Shown: piece by piece, positions 25,610-34,794 of the stretch
Numbering within the stretch: the first letter of the stretch is position 1
How the letters are laid out: each line of letters opens with the position of its first letter
Origin: Candidatus Eiseniibacteriota bacterium
GTDB taxonomy: Bacteria > Arandabacterota > Arandabacteria > Arandabacterales > Arandabacteraceae
NCBI GenBank assembly: GCA_043808325.1
Contig: JAZDEY010000037.1
Coordinates: 19,623 to 83,622, forward strand
Direction of reading: 5' to 3'
DNA: 64,000 nt
Notes under the pieces: generated by a model
Told to the model about the DNA's origin: nothing
The model's database searches: none
Seen by the model: the letters and a program-made list of their open reading frames with translations, nothing else
Program-made: the position numbers and the translations under genes

Positions 25610-27118
25610 CTATCGGCTCCGTTTCTGGTAGAGGTAGAGCCGAACCCCCGGAACTGCCTCCGAGCCGGCGTTCTCCAGGTTCCGGTCGAACCAAGCCTTG
25701 ATCACCCCCCCGGGGTCGACCATCCATTCACGGCAAAGCACCAACCAGACCCGATCCCCCACCCCGGCCAGCACCCGGCATCTTGCGGTGATCGCTTCTT
25801 CACTCGCCAGATCCCCTGCCTCAAAGAAGCTGACGATCGCGATGCCCTTGAGATAGTGCTCCAGGGCCTCCCCCGTGTAAACGGCCACCACAACATCCCC
25901 CTCGCGGAAGTCGGCTTCGATCACCTGCGCCGCCGATCTCATATCCTCTTTCCCGTAGGCAGGCACAGCGAAGTAGTTATAAATCGCTAGACCCATAACG
26001 GCCGTTACCAGACCGAGATATGGCCAGAATCTGCTCTTTAAAATAGCTGCCAGGCCCTGGCCGAGCAGCATCGCATATGCCGGAACCGAAACCAGGGCAT
26101 ACCGCGCGCTAAAAGCCTTGATTTCAGACGCCGCGAGCATCCACACGGCGATCACCGGGACCAGCAGCCAGGCGAGAAGCAGGACCAGCGAATTCGAGTT
26201 CGTGCGAGCCAGACGCAGGATGCCGACCACAAGAGGCACTCCAAATGTTACGGCGACCAGTCCGATCCACGCGATGTTCTGCGCCAGTGCCTGCGCGCGA
26301 TCCGTTTGGAGTTCACGCGCCGAGGGGCCAAACGTGTATCCGACGCTGTAAGTGAAGAAGGAATACGGGACCGCAAGTGCCGAGTGGCCGCCCCCTCCGA
26401 TCAAGGGCTTCCCGGACGGCCCGACGGCATGTTCGGAGCCGATCCGCACTATCACCTCTCTCACCCAGGGCGAGAAAACCAGCAGAACTGCAAAGACTGT
26501 CACGATCCATCTGCCTAACAGTTTTCGCTTACTTGACGTCCAGATCAGGTAAACGAAGTGGGCCACCGCCACGAACCCCACGCTAAGATTCGAGACCAGT
26601 CCGGCGAACATCACAAGCCCGTAGAAGAAGGCATTCCTGGTTGTCGGCCTTGCAAGCCACTGGATGAAGAAGTAGGTCATGAGCACGGCGAATAGGACCG
26701 CGAAGGCATAGCCTCTGATCTCCTGGGAATACCAGATCAAGATCGGCGACAGCGCCGCTATGAACACGGTACAGAGCGCGGTCCACGAGTCATAAAGCGA
26801 CTTGGCCAGCACATATATAACCCCAATCGTCGCCGCACCCGCGATCGCAAATGGTATTCTCAGGAAGGCGTCGCCGTTGCTAAGGGCACCCCAGAAGTGC
26901 ATTAGGAAAGCAACCAGCGGGCCCTGGAGCATGCTGAAGAAATCCGAGAATACCCCTCCCGATCCTATATGCGAGTTCTTGAGAGTGATGATTTCGTCCA
27001 CCCAGAGACTTTGCCCCGCGAGTTTGACGAACCGAAGAATGAGACCTGCGCCCACCGCCGCCAATAGGAAATATCTAAGAGGTGCCTCGGCCTTCCGTGA
27101 ACCCAAAGGGAATCGCAA
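25610..27118 (-). CDS. GT-C membrane glycosyltransferase (PMT/GT39/ArnT-like)
   Basis: SLWVDE loop after TM1, LRIPFA, YSQEIRGYA, polytopic with a C-terminal soluble tail. Confidence 0.8.
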   Translation of the reverse strand: MRFPLGSRKAEAPLRYFLLAAVGAGLILRFVKLAGQSLWVDEIITLKNSHIGSGGVFSDFFSMLQGPLVAFLMHFWGALSNGDAFLRIPFAIAGAATIGVIYVLAKSLYDSWTALCTVFIAALSPILIWYSQEIRGYAFAVLFAVLMTYFFIQWLARPTTRNAFFYGLVMFAGLVSNLSVGFVAVAHFVYLIWTSSKRKLLGRWIVTVFAVLLVFSPWVREVIVRIGSEHAVGPSGKPLIGGGGHSALAVPYSFFTYSVGYTFGPSARELQTDRAQALAQNIAWIGLVAVTFGVPLVVGILRLARTNSNSLVLLLAWLLVPVIAVWMLAASEIKAFSARYALVSVPAYAMLLGQGLAAILKSRFWPYLGLVTAVMGLAIYNYFAVPAYGKEDMRSAAQVIEADFREGDVVVAVYTGEALEHYLKGIAIVSFFEAGDLASEEAITARCRVLAGVGDRVWLVLCREWMVDPGGVIKAWFDRNLENAGSEAVPGVRLYLYQKRSR

Positions 27119-27147
27119 AGAAAGTCCCCCTCACCTCGGGAGTATCG

Positions 27148-27840
27148 CTACAGTCTTCTGTACAGAAAGCCGGGAATGGGGAACCGTCTCCGGTTCAGCA
27201 CTGCGCCGAGTACTCTGCCACCGGCTCTCACTATGATGTCTTTGGTCCTTCGCACGACCTCACGCCGGGTGCGTCCATGCCTCACCACCAAGACTACACT
27301 GTCAACCTTGTCACATAGAACGGCACAATCCGGGTAGGTTCCCACCGGCGCCGCATCAATTAGTACGAACTCGAAGCGGTTTCTCAAGCCTGCAATCAGA
27401 CCCTGAATCTCTTCCTTGCTGAAGGTGATAAACGAAGTCGCCCGCTTGCCGACCGGCAGAATGTACATGTTAGGCACGATAGTATTCACCAAAGCCCTGT
27501 CCAGGGGTATGTCCCCCGCCAGGAACTCGGATAACCCGATCTCCGGCGTGCCGAACTTGACGTGCAGGTCCGGATGGTAAACGTTGCAATCGACTATCGC
27601 AGTCTTTTTCCCCATCGCTGCCGCCAGCGTCAGCCCCAAGCCGATGACAACATCGGTGGTGCCCTCGCCGGCCACCGAGCTTGATAACATCAACACCTTG
27701 CACCCCAGGGTGGGCAACACAATCTCTATCTGTCCGGCCAAATTCTTGAAGTAATCGATCATATCCCTTGGAAGTAAGGCATCAAGGTCGAAGGCGGGCA
27801 TCTGCTCAAGGCCCGGCTTTGTGTCGTTTGTCGAATTCAT
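27148..27840 (-). CDS. CpsD/CapB (BY-kinase)-like P-loop protein with degenerate Walker A
   Basis: SSSVAGEGTT (no Lys), IVDCN, VLIDAAPV, GAVLN; no Tyr-rich tail. Confidence 0.82.
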   Translation of the reverse strand: MNSTNDTKPGLEQMPAFDLDALLPRDMIDYFKNLAGQIEIVLPTLGCKVLMLSSSVAGEGTTDVVIGLGLTLAAAMGKKTAIVDCNVYHPDLHVKFGTPEIGLSEFLAGDIPLDRALVNTIVPNMYILPVGKRATSFITFSKEEIQGLIAGLRNRFEFVLIDAAPVGTYPDCAVLCDKVDSVVLVVRHGRTRREVVRRTKDIIVRAGGRVLGAVLNRRRFPIPGFLYRRL

Positions 27841-27852
27841 TGGCGCCCCTCG

Positions 27853-29286
27853 CTAGGTACCATGACGAAATTCGCTATTGACCCGGTTTCTGGTCTCAGA
27901 AAGGTGACCGGCCTCAGGTATGGATCCAAGCAACGGCACTCCCACCAGGTTTTCGACATCCGAGGCGGACTTGATGGAATGATCAAGATTCTCCAGAAGA
28001 AAGCCAAAACCTATGCCGAGCGTGACACCCAGCAGAATCGAGAATATCACATAGACACCCTTCATCTGGCCCGCCTTTGTCATCTTGACATCTGCCGGGC
28101 TTAGCACCTTGGCATTCGACATCCTTATGTCCTCAGCCTCGGAGGCTATCGTGTCGAGCATTTTCTCGAGCAGCCGGTCGTAGTGAAGGTAAGTGTAATG
28201 TATCTCCTCACTAAGATGCTCGATCCGGGCAATCACGTCAGGATCCCGGATGTACTCATCAGAGATACGTCTAAGCTCCACCCGGAAAGCGGCCTCGTCC
28301 AACTTGAGATCCTCAATCAGATACTCCTGGTCCTTGATTCGCCTTTGGGTCTCTTCTCGGAACCGCTGCTCCATCCTCGCAATCCGGTCGTCAAGCATCT
28401 TGACCTGCGGATTGGTAGGCGTGTAGCTGGACGCAATGTTGTCCCGCTCCCGAAGAAGGCCAAAGTAGTCACTTTGCATTAAGATCGCTATGTCATCGTC
28501 GTGGTTGACAGCAAAAGGCCAAACCACACCGGGGTCATCCTTGATCCTTTGCTTCATGGCTGCAAGCTTGGTCTCCGCGGAAGCACGGCGGCCACTGGTC
28601 TGATTTACCTGGAGAGCTATCTCCGTCTGCCGGTTCATGATCATCCGCTGCTGCCACTCCCTGTCGTAGACTCCCGCCTGCTTTCTCAACTCCAGCTCAG
28701 TCCTGCTCAGATCGATCAGCTGGTTATTCAACCTGTTAATCTGCTCTTCGAAGTACTGCTCGACACCACCTGTCTTCCTGACCGAGGCACGGTACTCGAC
28801 GTATGCCTGGGCAATCGCATTCGCGGCCTCACGCACAAACTTGGGATCCCTTCCCCTATACTTCACCACGATTATATTCGACATCTCTATAGGTTCAGCT
28901 GATACCCCACCGGCAAGGTCCTCCACCGCAGGAGGTCGGGTGGTCCGGCGCTTCTTGACCGCCTCGGTCAAGGTCACATTCGTCTCGTTTAGAATCTCGA
29001 TCGCCCTGACCAGCACCGGGTCCGATACCACGATCTCCACTTCGGTATTCATTTCCTCCTCGAGGCCGTAGAAGGGTGTCCAGCTGTTGGCCAGCGCAGT
29101 GGCGCCGGTGCGCCTCAAGAGCACTTTGGCCGTGGCATCATACACGGTCTTGGTTCGCGAGGCAGCCGATAAAGCGGCTGCGGCCACGATTAGAGCGCAA
29201 ACGATTATGGGTACCCTCCGTCTGAATATGACAGTAAGCAACTCCCGCGACGAGATCTGAGTATCACCGCTGTCGTTTCCAGTCAT
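27853..29286 (-). CDS. GumC/Wzz-type polysaccharide co-polymerase
   Basis: N-terminal TM, YDATAKVLL, coiled-coil middle, C-terminal TM, ENLDHSIKSASDVENLVGVPLLGSIP. ATG 29286 preferred; the track opens at 29295. Confidence 0.85.
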   Translation of the reverse strand: MTGNDSGDTQISSRELLTVIFRRRVPIIVCALIVAAAALSAASRTKTVYDATAKVLLRRTGATALANSWTPFYGLEEEMNTEVEIVVSDPVLVRAIEILNETNVTLTEAVKKRRTTRPPAVEDLAGGVSAEPIEMSNIIVVKYRGRDPKFVREAANAIAQAYVEYRASVRKTGGVEQYFEEQINRLNNQLIDLSRTELELRKQAGVYDREWQQRMIMNRQTEIALQVNQTSGRRASAETKLAAMKQRIKDDPGVVWPFAVNHDDDIAILMQSDYFGLLRERDNIASSYTPTNPQVKMLDDRIARMEQRFREETQRRIKDQEYLIEDLKLDEAAFRVELRRISDEYIRDPDVIARIEHLSEEIHYTYLHYDRLLEKMLDTIASEAEDIRMSNAKVLSPADVKMTKAGQMKGVYVIFSILLGVTLGIGFGFLLENLDHSIKSASDVENLVGVPLLGSIPEAGHLSETRNRVNSEFRHGT

Positions 29287-29322
29287 TGTCCACACCCCGT
29301 CTCTTACTGCTGACCTCTCAGG

Positions 29323-30048
29323 TTACTGGCCGAAAAGGTACGTGGCCTTAGGGTTTATGACCTCTTTCCCATAAATGTAGAAGTACCACACAGGCAGCAG
29401 CCTTCCAAAGAACTGGTCGACAAACAGGTCGATGTCTGCAATGGTCGACCTGGGAACATAGACCACATCTCTGGCCATCATATAGGCATTTGACCCGTGC
29501 CCATCCAGGATCTTCCCCAGATTTATCTTGGTGCCGGTGAACTCCTCGCCCTTGGATTTCCGTATGAGAACCACGCTGTCTTTCTTGCCAAGACTAGTCA
29601 GACCTCCTGCACTCGCAATCGCATCGAGCACGGTCATCGGACCCCTGAGATCGTAGGCACCCGGCCGAGCGACCTCACCGAAGATGAAGACCTGCTGATA
29701 AGAGGACTTGTCGACGATCACGGCGACCTCCGGTGACGTCAGGATCTCGGCGTAGCGGGACCTGATGATGCTCTCAAGCTCAAGGGGACTCATCCCCTCT
29801 ACGTTGATCTGCCCAACGTAGGGCACCGTTATCATCCCATCGGGCCTCACCGTAAGAGAAACGTTGTAGAGGGGATAGTAGAGAAACCTCACATCCAGCG
29901 CGTCACCAAGACCGATCTTATACGGCTCCCTCTCCGGCAGGCTTATCTGGGGCGTGGCAGTAAGGATAGGCTCAGGTTGAGGTTTCGGGCCTCCGCATCC
30001 AGCCAAGAGGAGTAACAATACCGCGAACCCCAATGCATATTTCTTCAA
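29323..30048 (-). CDS. wza: Polysaccharide export outer-membrane lipoprotein (Wza/Poly_export with SLBB)
   Basis: Lipobox LLLAGC, YKIGLGD, VRPDGMITVP, GEVARPG, DAIASAGG; strong SD AAGGAGG before TTG. Confidence 0.9.
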   Translation of the reverse strand: MKKYALGFAVLLLLLAGCGGPKPQPEPILTATPQISLPEREPYKIGLGDALDVRFLYYPLYNVSLTVRPDGMITVPYVGQINVEGMSPLELESIIRSRYAEILTSPEVAVIVDKSSYQQVFIFGEVARPGAYDLRGPMTVLDAIASAGGLTSLGKKDSVVLIRKSKGEEFTGTKINLGKILDGHGSNAYMMARDVVYVPRSTIADIDLFVDQFFGRLLPVWYFYIYGKEVINPKATYLFGQ

Positions 30049-30069
30049 CGCGGTCCCTCCTTAAAGAAT

Positions 30070-30102
30070 GAGGCGGGAGGCGCCTGCGCACCCTCCCACC
30101 TC
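30070..30102 (-). terminator. GC-rich hairpin in the wza leader (possible attenuator or terminator)
   Basis: Minus strand GAGGTGGGAGG/CCTCCCGCCTC 11-bp stem with one G-U pair, followed by ATTCTTT just before the SD. Confidence 0.45.
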
Positions 30103-30197
30103 TAAGTTCTGTCTTCCTCTGCAAAGCCGACTTGCCACAGGCGCACCACCTAGTCCAGTGTAGTACGGAAATCCCGTTAACCCATTACTCCCTGTAG

Positions 30198-30218
30198 CAA
30201 GTCTACCGCTTCTACCAC
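30198..30218 (-). promoter_or_regulatory. ops/JUMPstart-like element
   Basis: Minus strand TGGTAGAAGCGGTAGACTTG; GCGGTAGnnT matches the RfaH ops consensus GGCGGTAGnnTG at 8 of 10 defined positions. Confidence 0.4.
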
Positions 30219-30243
30219 TCCCTTCTTTCTTAACTGCAGTTAT

Positions 30244-30272
30244 ACTATAGCAGATAACTTCCGCTAAGTCAA
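30244..30272 (-). promoter_or_regulatory. Strong sigma70 promoter of the 13.6-kb polysaccharide operon
   Basis: TTGACT (30272-30267), 17 bp, TG-c-TATAGT (30249-30244). Confidence 0.75.
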
Positions 30273-30443
30273 GTTGCAACACCATTGCACTTTGCACTCC
30301 CCAGTTGCAGCATGCAATCCAGCCGCCGGTGCCCATCTGGAGCCAAAGCCCCTCCGGCCCAGCGCAGTCCTACCGTCACATCGGTGTGATAGGCACTCCT
30401 GTATACAAGACAAGGCATTACGCAACCGGCGTGCCACCCGGGG

Positions 30444-31385
30444 CTAAGTCTTGGACATTATTGAGGCTATGAAGACCGGAAGCAGGATCTCATGGTTACC
30501 GGTGAAATTGTAGGTCGTTGCGCCCAGCAATCTCGGACGCTCCACTATGCTGGTCATCGGCCTATAAAGCTGCAACATATCGAAATTCGCCGTTGTGAAC
30601 TTCCCCAGGTCAGCTCCACGATTGCGTGCGATTGCCAGAGCCTTGAGGAATACCTCGGGCAGGATCACCGCAGAACCGATATTCAGGACCACACCTCCGC
30701 CGAGCCTCATTATTATCGAGGTGAAGGACCGGAAATCCTCCATCGATGCATAGCCGATCGCCCGGCCGTCGGCTTCGGCGTGCTCATGCACCACATCGGT
30801 GCCGATCGCCACATGGACCGTCACCGGGATATCAAGCTCGCAGGCTGTGGCCAGGAGGCTCACCCCCCGGTTGGGAGCGCTTGCGCCCACCAGAGCTCTG
30901 CCCAGGCCTCTACCCAGGCCAATCCCCTCCGCAAGGCAGGCACCTGCAGCGCCATTGAAGAGCTTTGCAGTCTCCTCGGTCGCACCGAACATGCCGCTCT
31001 GGAGCCCATCACCTACGTCCTCGGAAGTCTTTCCCCACATCGCTATCTCGATATCGTGTATGGCGCACGCACCATTGATCGCCAGGGCCGTGATCACCCG
31101 TCTGCGCAGGAGGTCGCATAGGAGGCCCCCCAACCCACACTTGACCACATGGGCCCCCATCATGAAAACCACGGGCCTGTGGTTCTCTCTTGCCTCAGCA
31201 ATCGATTCGCTGAGAGCCTCGAGGTCGCGGCCTCTGAGGATCCTGGGGATCATCTTCCTCATGTTCACAAACCATGAGAAGTCGTTGGGCATGGCGGCGA
31301 AATCGGCCAGCTCGACCTTGCTCTTGCGGACCGCTATCGACTCCTTCCTCTCGGAGAAAGGTCGCGCCGTCTTGTCGTCATCCAT
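30444..31385 (-). CDS. Conserved protein with probable DHS-like NAD/FAD-binding fold, function unknown
   Basis: MMGAHVVKCG, NGACAIHD, TVHVAIGTD, NIGSAVILPEVFLKA, HEILLP resemble deoxyhypusine-synthase-like proteins. Confidence 0.6.
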   Translation of the reverse strand: MDDDKTARPFSERKESIAVRKSKVELADFAAMPNDFSWFVNMRKMIPRILRGRDLEALSESIAEARENHRPVVFMMGAHVVKCGLGGLLCDLLRRRVITALAINGACAIHDIEIAMWGKTSEDVGDGLQSGMFGATEETAKLFNGAAGACLAEGIGLGRGLGRALVGASAPNRGVSLLATACELDIPVTVHVAIGTDVVHEHAEADGRAIGYASMEDFRSFTSIIMRLGGGVVLNIGSAVILPEVFLKALAIARNRGADLGKFTTANFDMLQLYRPMTSIVERPRLLGATTYNFTGNHEILLPVFIASIMSKT

Positions 31386-31400
31386 ATTTTGCCTCCATGA

Positions 31401-32156
31401 TCATTCGCCTGGCTCGATCTCCGAAAGCACCGCACTCACTGAGCCCACAATGATCTTGCCGGTCATCATCACCGGCATAAGCCGGGAGTCCTTGGTCAGC
31501 CAAACCGTCAAGCGCCCCTGGTGCTGGAAGAGCCCCGAGGCCTTAAGAATCGGCTCGACCACAAAGCATTCGAACCTGCCGGCGGGTACCGACACAGTTT
31601 CGCTCCGCAGGATCTTGACCTCAAGAGGATAGTTCTTCTTGTCCGCATGGTTCTCGATCAGGAAGGTCCTGCCTACCTCGAGCGATCTGGTCCTTAAGTA
31701 GTAGAGCGAGGTCAAAACATCCTGGACGTCGGGTGGGACTGGTATTACCGAGCTGTCGGGATAGGTTGCGGTATGGTTCTCCTGGTCGAAGACAATCACC
31801 TCGTTCTTAGTGTAATTGCCCTCTTTCAGACGTTTCTCGTACCTCAGCGTGGAAAGGCTCTCGACATCCATCATCGATATCACCGAGTCCTGAACCTCAA
31901 AGAAGAGCGAAAAGGGCATCGTCGACCTGGCCTCGGATACCACGCGGTAACACTTGCCCTGGCCGCAATCAAGGATATCGGTGACCGCCAGCGTCGCAGT
32001 GCCGGCCCTGGCGAATCCGTACCGTATCGAGTACGTAAGCCTCTCCCCCACCTTGAAAGGAACAAACGCGGGGATCACTTCCTGGGCCGGAGTCTCGACG
32101 GAGATCGTTGCCGCCACGAGATACAACGCCACCACGATAATCAGGGTTTGTCTCAT
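31401..32156 (-). CDS. DUF3108 domain exported protein
   Basis: Signal peptide, FKVGERLTYSI, QDVLTSLYYLR, VPAGRFEC, VWLTKD. Confidence 0.8.
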   Translation of the reverse strand: MRQTLIIVVALYLVAATISVETPAQEVIPAFVPFKVGERLTYSIRYGFARAGTATLAVTDILDCGQGKCYRVVSEARSTMPFSLFFEVQDSVISMMDVESLSTLRYEKRLKEGNYTKNEVIVFDQENHTATYPDSSVIPVPPDVQDVLTSLYYLRTRSLEVGRTFLIENHADKKNYPLEVKILRSETVSVPAGRFECFVVEPILKASGLFQHQGRLTVWLTKDSRLMPVMMTGKIIVGSVSAVLSEIEPGE

Positions 32157-32731
32157 AGGTTGCGAGCATCCTCTCGTATGATCCAGTCGACGGCATCCAC
32201 GACGTTCTCGGCAACGTGAACGTCTCCCAGGCCGTTCCGCCTCAGCTCCCGCTCTTCACCGGCTCCGAAACCAGTCCGCACCAGGCACGGTCTTACTCCG
32301 AGGGATCTGCCGAATCTCAGATCGGTGATTTTGTCTCCGACTGCAAAAGATCTTGTGGCATCGATTCCAAATCCCTCCATAGCGATCTCGCCGAGGCGGG
32401 TACCCGGTTTCCTGCAATTGCATACCTTACGATAGGCTTCGACCGTTGCCTGGGGATGATGAGGGCAATAATAGATCGCATCGAGGGCGGCGCCACCGGA
32501 AGCCAGGATCTCCTGCATCCTTGCGTGGACGCAAGCCAAGTCAGCCTCGGTCAACCAGCCTCTCGCGACTCCCGACTGATTAGTCACCGCGATGAGCCGG
32601 AATCCGCACTGCCTGGCGCGCGCCAAGGCCGCCACGCTTGAGCAGTAGGGCACAACCAGAGATGGGTGGGAAACGTAGCCGATCTCCACAAGCAGCGTCC
32701 CGTCGCGGTCAAAGAAGACTGCCTTGCTCAA
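32153..32731 (-). CDS. gmhB: D-glycero-D-manno-heptose 1,7-bisphosphate phosphatase
   Basis: FFDRDGTL, VTNQSGVARG, CPHHP..CNCRKP, VGDKITD. Confidence 0.93.
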   Translation of the reverse strand: MSKAVFFDRDGTLLVEIGYVSHPSLVVPYCSSVAALARARQCGFRLIAVTNQSGVARGWLTEADLACVHARMQEILASGGAALDAIYYCPHHPQATVEAYRKVCNCRKPGTRLGEIAMEGFGIDATRSFAVGDKITDLRFGRSLGVRPCLVRTGFGAGEERELRRNGLGDVHVAENVVDAVDWIIREDARNL

Positions 32732-33798
32732 CTGCCGCTCCCTAGGACGCGCTGTAGCTCCGTGGTGACGTCCTCAACCGTTATGGTCCGTGTACATAGG
32801 CTTCCGCGGCGGCAATCCCGCTTGAAGCACGGCGAGCACTCCGCTCGCTTGTAGATCACTGCCGAATTCCGAGAGAGCGGCCCGGTCCACTCCGGATCAG
32901 TCGAGAAGAAGAGACCGACCACCGGGACACCCAGAGCAGCCCCCAGATGCATGCCGCCACTGTCATTGGCAACCACCGCAGCGGAAAGGCCCAGAGTGCC
33001 GACAAGCGCCGAGAAATCAAGGGTTCCACACAGGTTCACATTGGTCTTGGTCATTCCCTCTGCCACGGCCTCACAGCTTTGGCGATCCTCTCGGCCGCCC
33101 AGGATGACGACATCAAAGCCGAACTTAGCAGTCGCAGTGTCCCCAAGCAAGGCAAATCGTGAACTCTCCCATCGCTTGGAAGGACCGTATCTGGCCCCGG
33201 GGAACAGGCAGATGAACCTACCTTGAGACAGCCCCTGCCTGCGGAGGACATCTTCCCCATTGGCACGGTCCTCCGCCGAGGGCTGGATCGAAGGGGTCCT
33301 GGTCTCGACAGCAAGGCCGACACTCTCTACCAGCCGGCAATAAGTATCCACAAGGTGTTCTTTACTGGAGCCGGGTTCGCTCACCCTATCGGTATAAAGC
33401 CAGGCACCGGCGGCTCTTCTAAAGCCGACCCTGCGAGGGACGCGGCCCAGAAAGCAAAGGACCGCAGAGCTGAGCGAGCGGGTGAGGCTGAACACCATGA
33501 CAGGCGCCAGGCGCCGCAGCACCGCCGAGCCGTCGATCAGCGATCTCGCCGAGCCCGCGAGGCCGCTCCCCGGGGTCTTGATGTTGAAGGTAAGGGTACC
33601 GGGTATCCGCGAGAAGACCTGCGCCGAAGATGCAGAGGCCAGGACCACCACACGCCCGCGTCTGGACTCTCCGGTCAGGGCTTTGACGGCGGGAATCGCA
33701 AGAACCGCATCTCCAAGCCAGTTGGGAGCTCTGACCGCGAAACTGACTTGTTTAGGCTCGGTGGCGCTAGGCGCCGGCCCCGGTAAGCTCGTCGACAA
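32728..33798 (-). CDS. waaF: LPS heptosyltransferase II (GT9)
   Basis: RAPNWLGDAV, PGARYGPSKRW, NDSGGMHLGAALGVP. Start uncertain: TTG 33798 chosen; the track opens at 33894. Confidence 0.88.
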   Translation of the reverse strand: MSTSLPGPAPSATEPKQVSFAVRAPNWLGDAVLAIPAVKALTGESRRGRVVVLASASSAQVFSRIPGTLTFNIKTPGSGLAGSARSLIDGSAVLRRLAPVMVFSLTRSLSSAVLCFLGRVPRRVGFRRAAGAWLYTDRVSEPGSSKEHLVDTYCRLVESVGLAVETRTPSIQPSAEDRANGEDVLRRQGLSQGRFICLFPGARYGPSKRWESSRFALLGDTATAKFGFDVVILGGREDRQSCEAVAEGMTKTNVNLCGTLDFSALVGTLGLSAAVVANDSGGMHLGAALGVPVVGLFFSTDPEWTGPLSRNSAVIYKRAECSPCFKRDCRRGSLCTRTITVEDVTTELQRVLGSGS

Positions 33799-34786
33799 TT
33801 GTAGCGACCTCGGACGGTTCAATGTCTTCCATGCAATGCCTCCGCTCATAGCGGCAGGCTCGATTGCCGTGATAGCTGCAAGGACTGCACGCAAGCCCTC
33901 TGGTCACCACGACGCTGCCGGGTGCCAGAGGCGCGAAGCCCAGGATCGGCGAAGTCGGCCCGAAGATCGCAACCACCTTTGAGCCGACCCCTGCCGCAAG
34001 GTGCATCAATCCCGAATCATTGCTTACCGTAACCTTGCAGAGCGAGAGCGCCCCCGCAATCTTTGCGACATCATTTCCCACCACAACCCGAACGGCGGCG
34101 TCGCCGAGGCCCGAGACAACGGCGCTGACTTGATCGGCATCACTCTGGGAACCGATCGCGAGTACCCGGTGGCCGCCCGAGCGCAGGCGGCCCACCAGGT
34201 CGATGAAGCGCCGCTCGCCCCACATCTTATGCGGGCTGCTGCCCCCGGGACATATGCCGACGAATGGGCCTTGTCCCAACTCCCTCGTGAGAGCCGCGAC
34301 CGCATCGGGCGGGACAGCAAGGCGCGGCGGCGAGGGCGCCGTATCGGCCCCCAGAGGCCCGATCGCATCCAGGTAGAGCTCTACCGTATGCTTGAGGTTC
34401 CCCCTCCAGATCCGGGGCCAGTAGACGCATAGCAACCGCCGGAAGTACTGTCTCCGGTATCTCAAGACCCGGCGCGCCCTGGCCCTGCGGACTATGCTCG
34501 CGGACCGGAGGTTACGCTGCAGATCGATCACGGCATCGAAGGTGATGGTCTCGATGTCCCGATCCGGCTGAGCCCGCTTGCCGGCTCGCGAGTATGACAC
34601 CGCGGTATCGACCGAGGCGAAAAGCGCCGGGATACCTGCGTACTGCGCGTAGGTAGCAAACCAGATGGTGGATTGCGGGAAGGCCTCTTTGAGCCGTCTT
34701 GTTACCGGCTCGGCAAGCACTATGTCGCCGAAAGAGCTCAACCTCACTACTAGGAAGTTGGACGACTCAGCTGGGCGGTCGGGCAT
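33767..34786 (-). CDS. GT9 heptosyltransferase family
   Basis: RLSSFGDIVL, IDLQ, NDSGLMHLAAGVG, FGPT. Confidence 0.9.
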   Translation of the reverse strand: MPDRPAESSNFLVVRLSSFGDIVLAEPVTRRLKEAFPQSTIWFATYAQYAGIPALFASVDTAVSYSRAGKRAQPDRDIETITFDAVIDLQRNLRSASIVRRARARRVLRYRRQYFRRLLCVYWPRIWRGNLKHTVELYLDAIGPLGADTAPSPPRLAVPPDAVAALTRELGQGPFVGICPGGSSPHKMWGERRFIDLVGRLRSGGHRVLAIGSQSDADQVSAVVSGLGDAAVRVVVGNDVAKIAGALSLCKVTVSNDSGLMHLAAGVGSKVVAIFGPTSPILGFAPLAPGSVVVTRGLACSPCSYHGNRACRYERRHCMEDIEPSEVATIVDELTGAGA

Positions 34787-34794
34787 ACAGGATC

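Noticed and set aside
30274-30335. sigma54 promoter suggested by repeated TTGCA
   Set aside because: No GG-N10-GC spacing with a TGGCAC element in the required orientation.
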